This document shows positions 25,730 through 34,079 of a DNA stretch of 64,000 nucleotides, piece after piece. The notes below the pieces were generated by a model. The model did not search any database and had not been told where the DNA came from. It saw only the letters and a program-made list of their open reading frames with translations. The translations under genes and the position numbers were made by a program. This stretch comes from a virus. Every line of letters starts with the position of its first letter. Positions within the stretch are counted from its first letter, which is position 1. The DNA lies in IMG/VR virus record IMGVR_UViG_3300025132_007963, positions 32,001 to 96,000 of that record, one strand, 5' to 3'.

Positions 25730-28690
25730 CTAAAAAGCATACGTGTCATTTATAGCCCGGGCTATCTCTCGACCGTTTATTTCAACAACTGTATCTCCAC
25801 TAGCATTCTTATTAACTAGCTCCGCCAATAATTCTACCATCTTTCCTAGTTTTTTATCTATTAAGCCACCTTCTTTTGCTCCAACTACTTGATCAGATGA
25901 GTTTGGCTTAATCACGGTAAAATCATCTGCTGTTATAGTTGTAGCTTTCACTTTCCCCATTCTTACCCCATATTCTCGGCGGGCTTTCGCCATTATGGAT
26001 GCTTTTCGAGGACCACTTGGCACTTTTCCAGTTGCTTCATACATGGCTCTTATCTTATCTTGCGCTGCTTTGTCTTCAGGTGAGCCCTTAAAATCCATGC
26101 CCACAGTGCCGTCAAATATGGTCCTGGTCGCAGGAGGTGATGGAGGCGTTATTGTCTGCTCTGCTACAGCAGGGGCCGCAGGTGCAGCAGGAGCCGCAGG
26201 TGCAGCAGGAACTGGAGCGGAAGCGGGTGGTGCTATTGTTTTCTTTACTGGCGCTGGAGGCTTTATAGCTTTTATCGTTTTTTTAACTGGAGCAGGAGCA
26301 GGAGCGGGTGCAGGAGCGGGTGCTGGTGCCGGTGCTGCTATTGTAGCTGGAGCTGCAGGTGGCGGTGCTGGAGCTGCTATTGTAGCTGGAGCTGGTGCTG
26401 GAGGTCCAACGGGAACACCCGCAGGGATAGGGTTCAATTGTACGGGACCTCTACCGCCCGCAAGAGAATCTTTTATCATGGAGAAGGTGTTTTTTAATCC
26501 TGATCCAATGTCATCAGTCAATCGATCAACATCTTCACCAATGATGGTGCCAGCATCATTCCATATCTCTGCAAGGTTGTTGAGGGTGCCGGTTGTGACC
26601 GCTTTCTGGTCTTCTTTGGCTTTTTCTACATCTTCTGGATTGTCAAAAAGACTTATACCTGTAAAGTCCTTTATAAAGTTATTAATTCCCTCTAACTTAT
26701 CGTAAAAGAATTGTACAGACGTTTCACCAATTTTAAAACTCGCAACAAAAAGGCCGACAGCAGCACTTAATTTTGTAAAGAGTGGCAACATAGGCGCTAG
26801 CGCAGATGTGATGGATCCAACAATACTCACGGCGCCTGTAAACAGTTTTGTAATGCCGGCCCACAAAAATTTAACTGAGGTGATTGGCTTCATTAGCGCA
26901 AAAGTTGCCGCTGTCAAAGAGGCAATACCTGCTCCAGCTGTTGTTATAGCTGCTGTAATTGTGCCAAAAGTATCATCCATAAAATCATACAAGTCTCTAA
27001 AGAAGCCTATAACAGCTGCAACGCCTCTACTTAACGTAAACATTGTCCCTATGATATCTGTTGCTATAGCCTTTATCTCTATCATTGCGCTTTGTGAATC
27101 ACCACCAAAGGCAGCTTTCATTGCCCGGGCAGCGATATCCTGCAATGCACGGGAGAACTGTTCCATAACACTTAGGTTACTCATTATCTGTTTATTTAAA
27201 TCTTGTTGCGTTTTTGCTGGGTCGTCTGCAGCTGCTTGGGCCATGGCTTCCTCAATACTACCAGCGGAAGTATTCATAATTTTGCCAAGTTGCTCAACAT
27301 CCATACCAATTGCACTTGCAATGCCTCTTCTTTGAAACTTGTCCATTTGATCAAACGTTAAGCCTTGAGCATCTAGTGTTGACTTTAACATTTCTAATCT
27401 TTCAGATTCTGTGGCTCCTAACAATTCCGTTGCATTTAAGAATGGCCCTCCTAACAAAGCATTTAGTTTACCAGCTGCAGTGGCAGATCCCTCAAAGCTA
27501 TCAAACTGTTCTCCTAGTGTAGAAGTTAGCTTACCAACGTCCATATCTAGCACCTTAGAAGCCGCTGCAAGGCGTTTAAACTCTACAACCATACCTCGAC
27601 CTAGGGATGCTAATTGCGTCCTTGCATTCGCGAATTCTCCGATGAATTCTGCTGGTGGTCGACCCATGTCCTGTGCCAGAGTTACTAGTTCGCGAGAGAC
27701 CTCTTCTGCTTGCTGTGGAAGCATTCCTAAACTACTTATTAAAAATCCCTGAGAAGTTGCAGCGTCCCGTGTACTGACCCCTAGTTGTTCAAACAGGGCG
27801 TTAGCCGAGACCAGAGTATTCCTATCTGCATCTGCTAAATCAGAAAAACCCTTGAAAGAGCCCTGTAAGGCAACAATTGATGATTCTAAGTTTTCAGAAC
27901 TTGCTATCAATGTTGTGAAGCCTGTTGAAAGATCAGCAGCCATAAAGCCCATATTTTCAAGACCAGTAGATTGAAACAATGCCGAGTTTAATTTATCTAC
28001 TCTAAAAGCAGTTTCGACAATTTGTGTTGTGAGTGCGCCAAAAAGGGACAAAGGGTTCAGGAGTGTTCTTGTCATCCCCTTTCCAAAGCCCATTGCTATT
28101 TTACTTAATCCCTCAAGGGCATCACCATTCTTCATTAAGCCCGTTAACATGCCTGAAAAGCCTTGGGACGATACGCCAAAAGCTCCAGCTAAATTATCTG
28201 CTAAACCCTTGCCATAATCGGCAGAAGATTCTAAAAGCTGATTTGCCTCCGTCAGAAGCTTGACTGTCTTTTGTAGTTGCTTGTTGTTTTTTTCAGTGCC
28301 TTGGATAAAGCTTGTTAAAAATTCAAAACGTTGTCGTTCTGCCTCAGTTATAACTTCACCAGTAGCCCGTCTTTGCAAAAGGACATCTAGCTCTTGCCTA
28401 GCTATCGATACTCTTCTTTCGCCTAGCCTTAAATCCTCTAACTTTGTTTGCAATTGCCTGTTTTCATCATCGACCATGGACTTGGCAAGTTCCGCTCTCT
28501 GTTCTTCAATTTGAAGTAATCTATTGGTTCGATTTTCTATCTCTGCGATGCCGTCTGTTGTGGTGGGGCTAGCTGCAACGGCGGCGGCTGCTTCGGATAA
28601 TAGGCGAGCTAGTTCTCTTAAGTCTGCATCACTAGCAGAGCCGGCTCTAAGGCTTCTTAAAAGTTCTTCTATTCTTCTTGCATCAGCCAT
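25730..28690 (-). CDS. tape measure protein with Pro/Ala-rich insertion
   Basis: 986 aa, Ala/Gly/Leu-rich helical, located between tail chaperones and baseplate genes. Confidence 0.8.
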   Translation of the reverse strand: MADARRIEELLRSLRAGSASDADLRELARLLSEAAAAVAASPTTTDGIAEIENRTNRLLQIEEQRAELAKSMVDDENRQLQTKLEDLRLGERRVSIARQELDVLLQRRATGEVITEAERQRFEFLTSFIQGTEKNNKQLQKTVKLLTEANQLLESSADYGKGLADNLAGAFGVSSQGFSGMLTGLMKNGDALEGLSKIAMGFGKGMTRTLLNPLSLFGALTTQIVETAFRVDKLNSALFQSTGLENMGFMAADLSTGFTTLIASSENLESSIVALQGSFKGFSDLADADRNTLVSANALFEQLGVSTRDAATSQGFLISSLGMLPQQAEEVSRELVTLAQDMGRPPAEFIGEFANARTQLASLGRGMVVEFKRLAAASKVLDMDVGKLTSTLGEQFDSFEGSATAAGKLNALLGGPFLNATELLGATESERLEMLKSTLDAQGLTFDQMDKFQRRGIASAIGMDVEQLGKIMNTSAGSIEEAMAQAAADDPAKTQQDLNKQIMSNLSVMEQFSRALQDIAARAMKAAFGGDSQSAMIEIKAIATDIIGTMFTLSRGVAAVIGFFRDLYDFMDDTFGTITAAITTAGAGIASLTAATFALMKPITSVKFLWAGITKLFTGAVSIVGSITSALAPMLPLFTKLSAAVGLFVASFKIGETSVQFFYDKLEGINNFIKDFTGISLFDNPEDVEKAKEDQKAVTTGTLNNLAEIWNDAGTIIGEDVDRLTDDIGSGLKNTFSMIKDSLAGGRGPVQLNPIPAGVPVGPPAPAPATIAAPAPPPAAPATIAAPAPAPAPAPAPAPAPVKKTIKAIKPPAPVKKTIAPPASAPVPAAPAAPAAPAAPAVAEQTITPPSPPATRTIFDGTVGMDFKGSPEDKAAQDKIRAMYEATGKVPSGPRKASIMAKARREYGVRMGKVKATTITADDFTVIKPNSSDQVVGAKEGGLIDKKLGKMVELLAELVNKNASGDTVVEINGREIARAINDTYAF
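26150..26430. repeat. low-complexity tandem repeats encoding (PA)n, PAAPAA and ATIAAPAP
   Basis: Degenerate 6-9 nt units such as GCTCCT/GCACCC inside the tape measure gene; boundaries approximate. Confidence 0.8.
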
Positions 28691-28705
28691 TCAGAATGTC
28701 AACTC

Positions 28706-29020
28706 CTATTTGAATGGCCAGATCATTCCAGTATCTTTTTCAAATTTACTGACCGCCTGGTCCAGGACGTGCTTGCTTCTATATGTAGCGGCATTATTTA
28801 AGCCGTTGTTGTTGAAAGAGGTTATATATCTTTTTTCAGCTGATAAAGCGCGCATAAAACTATCAAATTGCGATTTGGTGCCTTTAACTCTAACCGGTAA
28901 ATAACTACCCCTAAATAAAGCATTTAATAATAACTTTATTCCGGTGCCCATGGCTGTTAAATAGCTTTCATTTAAAGATTGAGTTAAATCGATAACAATT
29001 TCTTGTTCTTGATCAGACAA
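28706..29020 (-). CDS. hypothetical protein
   Basis: TTG start with GGAG RBS, preceded by the late motif. Confidence 0.75.
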   Translation of the reverse strand: MSDQEQEIVIDLTQSLNESYLTAMGTGIKLLLNALFRGSYLPVRVKGTKSQFDSFMRALSAEKRYITSFNNNGLNNAATYRSKHVLDQAVSKFEKDTGMIWPFK

Positions 29021-29049
29021 AGTTTGGTCTCCAAATACAATACTCTACG

Positions 29050-29057
29050 TAAATAGT
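29050..29057 (-). promoter_or_regulatory. candidate late promoter motif ACTATTTA
   Basis: Recurring intergenic 8-mer, 30 nt upstream of start 29020. Confidence 0.6.
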
Positions 29058-29061
29058 CTCT

Positions 29062-29099
29062 ACAAAGCAAAATAGGGCTGCGAAAACACAACCCTATTT
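29062..29099 (-). terminator. intrinsic terminator
   Basis: AAATAGGGTTG / CAGCCCTATTT stem (one G-U pair) followed by TGCTTT. Confidence 0.7.
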
Positions 29100-29103
29100 A
29101 AGT

Positions 29104-29301
29104 TCATTTTTTGCGATTTGCTTTTTCCATTGCTTGTCGCTCATCATCAAATTGTTTTACTAGTCTCCTAAGAAACCATCTTCTTATCTGGATGGGCAAA
29201 TTATAGGCCTCGTAAAAGCCCCATCCACCATGCTGTTTAAGTAAGAAAAACTCCTCATAAACAGTCTGAATATACGAGTTATCCAGGCCAAAAAAACTCA
29301 C
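29104..29301 (-). CDS. gp51/DUF6760-like tail assembly protein (possibly the frameshift extension of the upstream chaperone)
   Basis: YEEFFLLKQHGGWGFYEAYNLPIQIRRWFL; overlaps the upstream ORF by 23 nt across a T7 run. Confidence 0.75.
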   Translation of the reverse strand: MSFFGLDNSYIQTVYEEFFLLKQHGGWGFYEAYNLPIQIRRWFLRRLVKQFDDERQAMEKANRKK

Positions 29302-30142
29302 CCGTTATAGGCACCTCCATTTCCGTTGTGTATCCACAATGTGGGCACTCCACGGCTTGGGACAGCTCCAAATTAGGAACTGCATCTTGGTATGCTAGTC
29401 TAAGAAATCTAGAATCTAGCGCGGGCATGTTATCTACAAATTCAGATATTTGGGATCGATCATCAACTCCATTGATACTAACAATCATCCTCTTAAACAT
29501 ATCAGTCAACTGAGAGCTTGGCAAATTATTTTTAACTTTCATCAATCTAGCTTTTGCCATTTGGTTTTCATCTCTACCATTTAAAGGTCGAAACTCAACC
29601 ATAAAACCTGTCTTTGGTAATTCGATTTGCAAGCTACCATTTTCTGTGATATTAAAAGAACCTTCTTCTGTTTCGTTCTTATAATACTGCTCATAGTCAC
29701 CTAGGTCAAATTCATTATCATGAGTTTCACCACAAGATGGACAAGTTACATTAACTTCATAAGCTCTGCCATAGCCTGTAACTCTGGCAGCGACTAGAAG
29801 TGCATTTCTGTCACCGATCAATAAATCAGTTGGATTGATCGTTTTGTCGAGGATAATGTTTTCTAGCATTCTATCGATTGCAACCCCTTTCTTCAACAAC
29901 GAAGGAGAAGTAAGAATATCTTCATCCTTAGCTGTCATAAACTTAATCTCAATTGATTCTCTACCACTCAAAGTGCTATTCTTGGGATAGAACATACCTT
30001 TTGATGGAAGATCCACGATTTCAGTGGGCATTGAGAAGTTTAGAAGAGAAGACTGTCCTGGCCCCTGAGTGGGGCCTGGGACGGGATTTTGCTCGGGAAT
30101 GGCAGAAACGTTTTTTCGACGCGTATCGTTTCTATTAGCCAA
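29279..30142 (-). CDS. gp26-like baseplate hub assembly / tail assembly chaperone
   Basis: VDLPSKG, MTAKDEDIL, LLIGDRNALLVAAR, two CxxC motifs; TTG start. Confidence 0.82.
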   Translation of the reverse strand: MANRNDTRRKNVSAIPEQNPVPGPTQGPGQSSLLNFSMPTEIVDLPSKGMFYPKNSTLSGRESIEIKFMTAKDEDILTSPSLLKKGVAIDRMLENIILDKTINPTDLLIGDRNALLVAARVTGYGRAYEVNVTCPSCGETHDNEFDLGDYEQYYKNETEEGSFNITENGSLQIELPKTGFMVEFRPLNGRDENQMAKARLMKVKNNLPSSQLTDMFKRMIVSINGVDDRSQISEFVDNMPALDSRFLRLAYQDAVPNLELSQAVECPHCGYTTEMEVPITGEFFWPG

Positions 30143-30226
30143 TTTTTAAACCTCACTTTCTTAAAATAAACTTAAACAAAACAACAATAACACGTTTCCG
30201 CATTAAATTAAAATTAACTTCTACCC

Positions 30227-30826
30227 TTATTCGTTCCGATTGCCGCGAAGGTCAAAGGTTCTATCAGCAGTTATATCAACTCGACCAGGTGCACCGCCGA
30301 CTCCAGTCAAAGCTGCCCAATCATACCTAAAGGTTACTTCTAGGTTATTAATCTCTTCACTCTCATAATCCAACTCATCAAAGCTAATACTTTTTATCCA
30401 TGGATTATAAAGCTTCCATTCCTCTAGGGGTTTACCATCAGCATCAATTTGCTGAATATAAATTGCGCCGCCCACTGCTTCAACTGCACGTTGTTTCGAG
30501 ATGGTTAACACGTTGCCAAGCGAGCGCTCATCGGTCAAAAAATTATGAGGAGAGACATATCCAGAATCTTTTAAAAGCTTCATCATGGTGGCTGAAGCGT
30601 CAGGATTTACAGGATCGGCCAAGGTCATGGTGATTTCATTCCACTCAACTCTACCTGGGTAGTAAAACTTATAATTAACAAAGGTGTGTTCTGCTTCCGT
30701 AATAGAAATCGCAGGCTTAGTAACCTTCTTCAATATCCACTGTGGAATGCCTCTAAAACTTAAAAGCCACCTAAACTTTCTCTTTGGTTCTACACTAAAG
30801 TCTGACCAAAATCCTTCTAAAGCCAT
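30227..30826 (-). CDS. tail tube protein (gp19-like)
   Basis: PKRKFRW, KVTKP, YYPGRVEWNEITMT, EEWKLYNPW, LEVTFRYDW. Start 30826 fits the GGAGG RBS. Confidence 0.9.
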   Translation of the reverse strand: MALEGFWSDFSVEPKRKFRWLLSFRGIPQWILKKVTKPAISITEAEHTFVNYKFYYPGRVEWNEITMTLADPVNPDASATMMKLLKDSGYVSPHNFLTDERSLGNVLTISKQRAVEAVGGAIYIQQIDADGKPLEEWKLYNPWIKSISFDELDYESEEINNLEVTFRYDWAALTGVGGAPGRVDITADRTFDLRGNRNE

Positions 30827-30845
30827 TATCAAGATCCTCCTAAAT

Positions 30846-30882
30846 AAGCTACGTACAATATTAAATAGTTAATACGTAGCTT
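30846..30882. repeat. 10-bp perfect inverted repeat enclosing the late motif
   Basis: AAGCTACGTA (30846-30855) / TACGTAGCTT (30873-30882). Confidence 0.9.
30862..30869 (-). promoter_or_regulatory. candidate late promoter motif ACTATTTA
   Basis: About 36 nt upstream of the tail tube start. Confidence 0.6.
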
Positions 30883-30892
30883 TTATTATATT

Positions 30893-33800
30893 TTAATCCT
30901 CAAAAGATGCGCCAGTATTCGTGATTACAAAATCAATTGCAATAAATTCAATTGCTCTTGCTGGTTTCAGGAATATCTTTGCATACATAATATTTCTATC
31001 AACTAAATCAGGCGTTGTGGTGGTTTCATCCAATTTTACTTTAAAATCAGTTAAACCAAGTCTTGCCTTAACGCTATCTAGGAACGGCTCGACCTGTCCA
31101 CGGAACCTATTCCAAGTCGCCTGAACATTCTGATCAAACAACAATCTAGAAGCAATTCTAGATATTTCTTTCTTAACGAAAATCATAAGTCTTCTAACAT
31201 TGATACGATCAAGTGCTGAGCGTGTCTGTTGTAGTGTCTTCTGACCAAAGATCACGATACCCTCTGCAGGGAAAGTCGCGATTGGGTTGATGTTTTGCTC
31301 ATACAAATCATCTCTCTCTTTTGACGTTAGTCTTTGAGAAACACCAACAACTGGTAGGCCGGCAGAACCCTCACTCAAGCCACCTCTGGTAAAACCAGCT
31401 GGTGCGAACCAAAGCTCGGAGTTTCTTTCGACTGATCCAAAAGTTCCGATTGCGACAACAGATGGCGGCACCCAAACTTGGGCATCGTTAACTGAGTCGT
31501 AAATCTTAACCCATGGAAAATAAGCACAACCATAACTGTTATTAAGATTTCTAGCCTTTATAGCAGTGACCGCTTCGGCAACAGAGTTGTTAGCAATTCT
31601 AGTCTTAAAATTACTAGTTGTTTCTGATGACGGTTGATAGCCGCCCTTTTCAATATCAATAACACCTAGAGCATCTGCTCTGCTTTCACAAACTTCAAGC
31701 ACTCTGTTGGTGACAAGCGGCTGACGAACACCAGGAACAGAAAGCATATTTATTTCCACTGCCTCTGGATCTGATAGCGAATCTATACCTCTCTTGATTG
31801 AGTGAGCTGCATAGTTTGACTTAAATTTTGGTGAAGTGCCAAATACTTGATCGCCAAACGGGTCTTTTTGCTTAATGTTAATACCATCAAACCCACCAAA
31901 AAGTGGTGCGGTAAAACTAGCAAATCCAGTTTCTAAAAGATCCGAGAAAGAGTTTCTTTCTGCTGTGTAAGACCTACCAACTCTTCTTGATCCCGATGCG
32001 TAAAAAGCAAAGTTTGCATTTGCAGGAGCAAGTGCTGCATGAGATGAAGTGTTGTTGATCATTAGGTCATCCAAACTAAAGATAAAAGAGTGCTCAGACT
32101 GAGCTGTCTTATCATAATAGCCCATGGATGCTGGACCTGGTATAACAAGATCCAAATATGATTCTTCAAACCTGGTGCTAGACGGGGTTCTGTAAGTACT
32201 AATACCAAAACAAGCCTGTCTTTGATCTGATAAGCCCTCGTCAGAACTTGAAACTCTGAGAGGAATTCTTGGGTGCTGTATTGATGCAGTCACCGCTTTT
32301 GGTAAGCTAGAAATTGGTGAAGTATTGAAACTTTGTGACAAAAGAATGTCGCTAGTATCAATAATTGTATTATTTGTTAGCACAACCTCTGGGCCAACTC
32401 GTTCGCTAAGACCCATACCCTTTATACCTTGAGTGACTAAGGTAACTGTCTTTGGCACAGGAGGACCAAAGAAACCTGCAGGCAGGCAAGCTGGATCTGA
32501 GGCGCCATTCTCTACATCGCCATCCAATTCAACTCTTACAAAGCTAGACTGATTGAGATAATTTCCATACATCCTGTATCTGTTCTGGGTTGTATCCCAT
32601 TCCTGATACATGTCACCAATCTTTTTTGCAACAAAGTTATTAGAATTGGGATTTAGGTCACATTGTGAAAATCTCTCTATAACTTGAGGTGCGCCGTCAT
32701 GATCTCGCACACGACGGAGTACAACAGTAAAAGTACCGTATGGATTAGCATCAGAACCCTTTCTTATATCAGTTATAGTAACTTTTAAGTTCTTAGCTCC
32801 CCATTCACCGTCATCAAGAGAAACAAGCTTAAATAGCTTTTGCATATTAGTCGGATTATAATTACTAGAATCATTAGTTAAGTCTTGGCTTATAAACCAA
32901 CCCGTCTTTGAGGGCTGGGTGTCAATGTTTCTGATACCCCAGTCACCAACACCACCATTAAGACCAACAACAACACCGTACAAAGAACCGTCAGCTGCTA
33001 ACGAGCCCTGACCGATGGTTGTCGTAGCTCCGTGTGTATCTTTCGCGTGTCTATCGAAACTTTCACCAAGCCAGAAATGTCTTCTCTTGGAGTTCACTGC
33101 GCTACATAGAGCTGGGTTTGTGTTAAAAACTTTTCTTATGTATCTATCACTATCGCGATCAAAGTTAAACACAATCTTTGTTGGTGTTGTCGAAGTCGCT
33201 TGGTTTTCGTAAACCAAAGCTGTAAATTCCATAAGATTTGAGTTATTTGCTTTTATAGCTATAGCTGAACCAGTTGTGGCTCCAATTCCCCCGCGCTTAG
33301 CAGAGCCGGTGCTAGGTATAGCGTTACCACTTAAGATCAAGCCACCATTATCAAAATACCAAACTGCTGCCAAAGAGCCGGTTGTTCTTGTTGAAGCACG
33401 CACCGCTCTTGGTCTTGCATCAAAAGTATCCCGAAGGTCTCTTTGGGTAGAACCTGATGTGAATAGATAAAGTCCATATGCACCGCCGCTGGTGGTGCCA
33501 CTAGTTCCGAGTGTATTGTCCGTCTTCCACCCAGCTGCAGCGCCGGCAACTGTACCGTCATCAGTGGTGCTATCGGCGTTTGGATCAGCAACGCCCAATA
33601 ATCGAACAACAGTCACTGGGCTACTATTTCTTAAATAGGCTTGAGCAGCGTAAGCAGCATATGTTGGAGCCATGTAGTTGCCTTCTCTCCAGACGTCTCC
33701 GCCTTGGCCGCCAGCGATTGGATTTCCAAATATTTCAACAAACTCACTAAAGGACCCTACAGTAACAGGACGTAAGCCAGGCCCTCGGGTCAATCGACCA

Positions 33801-33904
33801 ACTACGGCTGGACCTACTGCCTCTGCTTCTCTGGGTATTTGTGAATTATCAATCTCATTGATAAAAACACCAGGCGACACAAATTTGAATCTTCTTACGG
33901 ACAT
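30893..33904 (-). CDS. tail sheath protein (gp18-like) with large insertions
   Basis: SPGVFINEID at the N-terminus; C-terminal WFAPAGFTRG, LYEQNINPI, GQKTL, LDRINVRRL, KPARAIEFI. Confidence 0.95.
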   Translation of the reverse strand: MSVRRFKFVSPGVFINEIDNSQIPREAEAVGPAVVGRLTRGPGLRPVTVGSFSEFVEIFGNPIAGGQGGDVWREGNYMAPTYAAYAAQAYLRNSSPVTVVRLLGVADPNADSTTDDGTVAGAAAGWKTDNTLGTSGTTSGGAYGLYLFTSGSTQRDLRDTFDARPRAVRASTRTTGSLAAVWYFDNGGLILSGNAIPSTGSAKRGGIGATTGSAIAIKANNSNLMEFTALVYENQATSTTPTKIVFNFDRDSDRYIRKVFNTNPALCSAVNSKRRHFWLGESFDRHAKDTHGATTTIGQGSLAADGSLYGVVVGLNGGVGDWGIRNIDTQPSKTGWFISQDLTNDSSNYNPTNMQKLFKLVSLDDGEWGAKNLKVTITDIRKGSDANPYGTFTVVLRRVRDHDGAPQVIERFSQCDLNPNSNNFVAKKIGDMYQEWDTTQNRYRMYGNYLNQSSFVRVELDGDVENGASDPACLPAGFFGPPVPKTVTLVTQGIKGMGLSERVGPEVVLTNNTIIDTSDILLSQSFNTSPISSLPKAVTASIQHPRIPLRVSSSDEGLSDQRQACFGISTYRTPSSTRFEESYLDLVIPGPASMGYYDKTAQSEHSFIFSLDDLMINNTSSHAALAPANANFAFYASGSRRVGRSYTAERNSFSDLLETGFASFTAPLFGGFDGINIKQKDPFGDQVFGTSPKFKSNYAAHSIKRGIDSLSDPEAVEINMLSVPGVRQPLVTNRVLEVCESRADALGVIDIEKGGYQPSSETTSNFKTRIANNSVAEAVTAIKARNLNNSYGCAYFPWVKIYDSVNDAQVWVPPSVVAIGTFGSVERNSELWFAPAGFTRGGLSEGSAGLPVVGVSQRLTSKERDDLYEQNINPIATFPAEGIVIFGQKTLQQTRSALDRINVRRLMIFVKKEISRIASRLLFDQNVQATWNRFRGQVEPFLDSVKARLGLTDFKVKLDETTTTPDLVDRNIMYAKIFLKPARAIEFIAIDFVITNTGASFED

Positions 33905-33980
33905 ATCAATTTCTCCTTAAACCAAAAGCTCTTATAAATCACAAACAGAACATTGCGGTTATAAATGGTATTTCTTTAAC

Positions 33981-33988
33981 TAAATAGT
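33981..33988 (-). promoter_or_regulatory. candidate late promoter motif ACTATTTA
   Basis: Intergenic, 77 nt upstream of the sheath start, just after a terminator. Confidence 0.6.
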
Positions 33989-34023
33989 ATTCAATATTTC
34001 AAAAAGTAATTAAAACATTATAA

Positions 34024-34054
34024 TAAAAAAAGGGCCTGGATAACCAGGCCCTTT
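34024..34054 (-). terminator. intrinsic terminator
   Basis: AGGGCCTGG-TTAT-CCAGGCCCT followed by a T run. Confidence 0.9.
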
Positions 34055-34079
34055 AGGAAACAATTACAGTTTATTCTTA

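Noticed and set aside
25995-27335. Long plus-strand ORFs (236 aa and 175 aa) opposite the tape measure gene
   Set aside because: Antisense shadows of Ala/Pro-rich codons; no RBS or protein motif. The same applies to the other plus-strand ORFs in the track.
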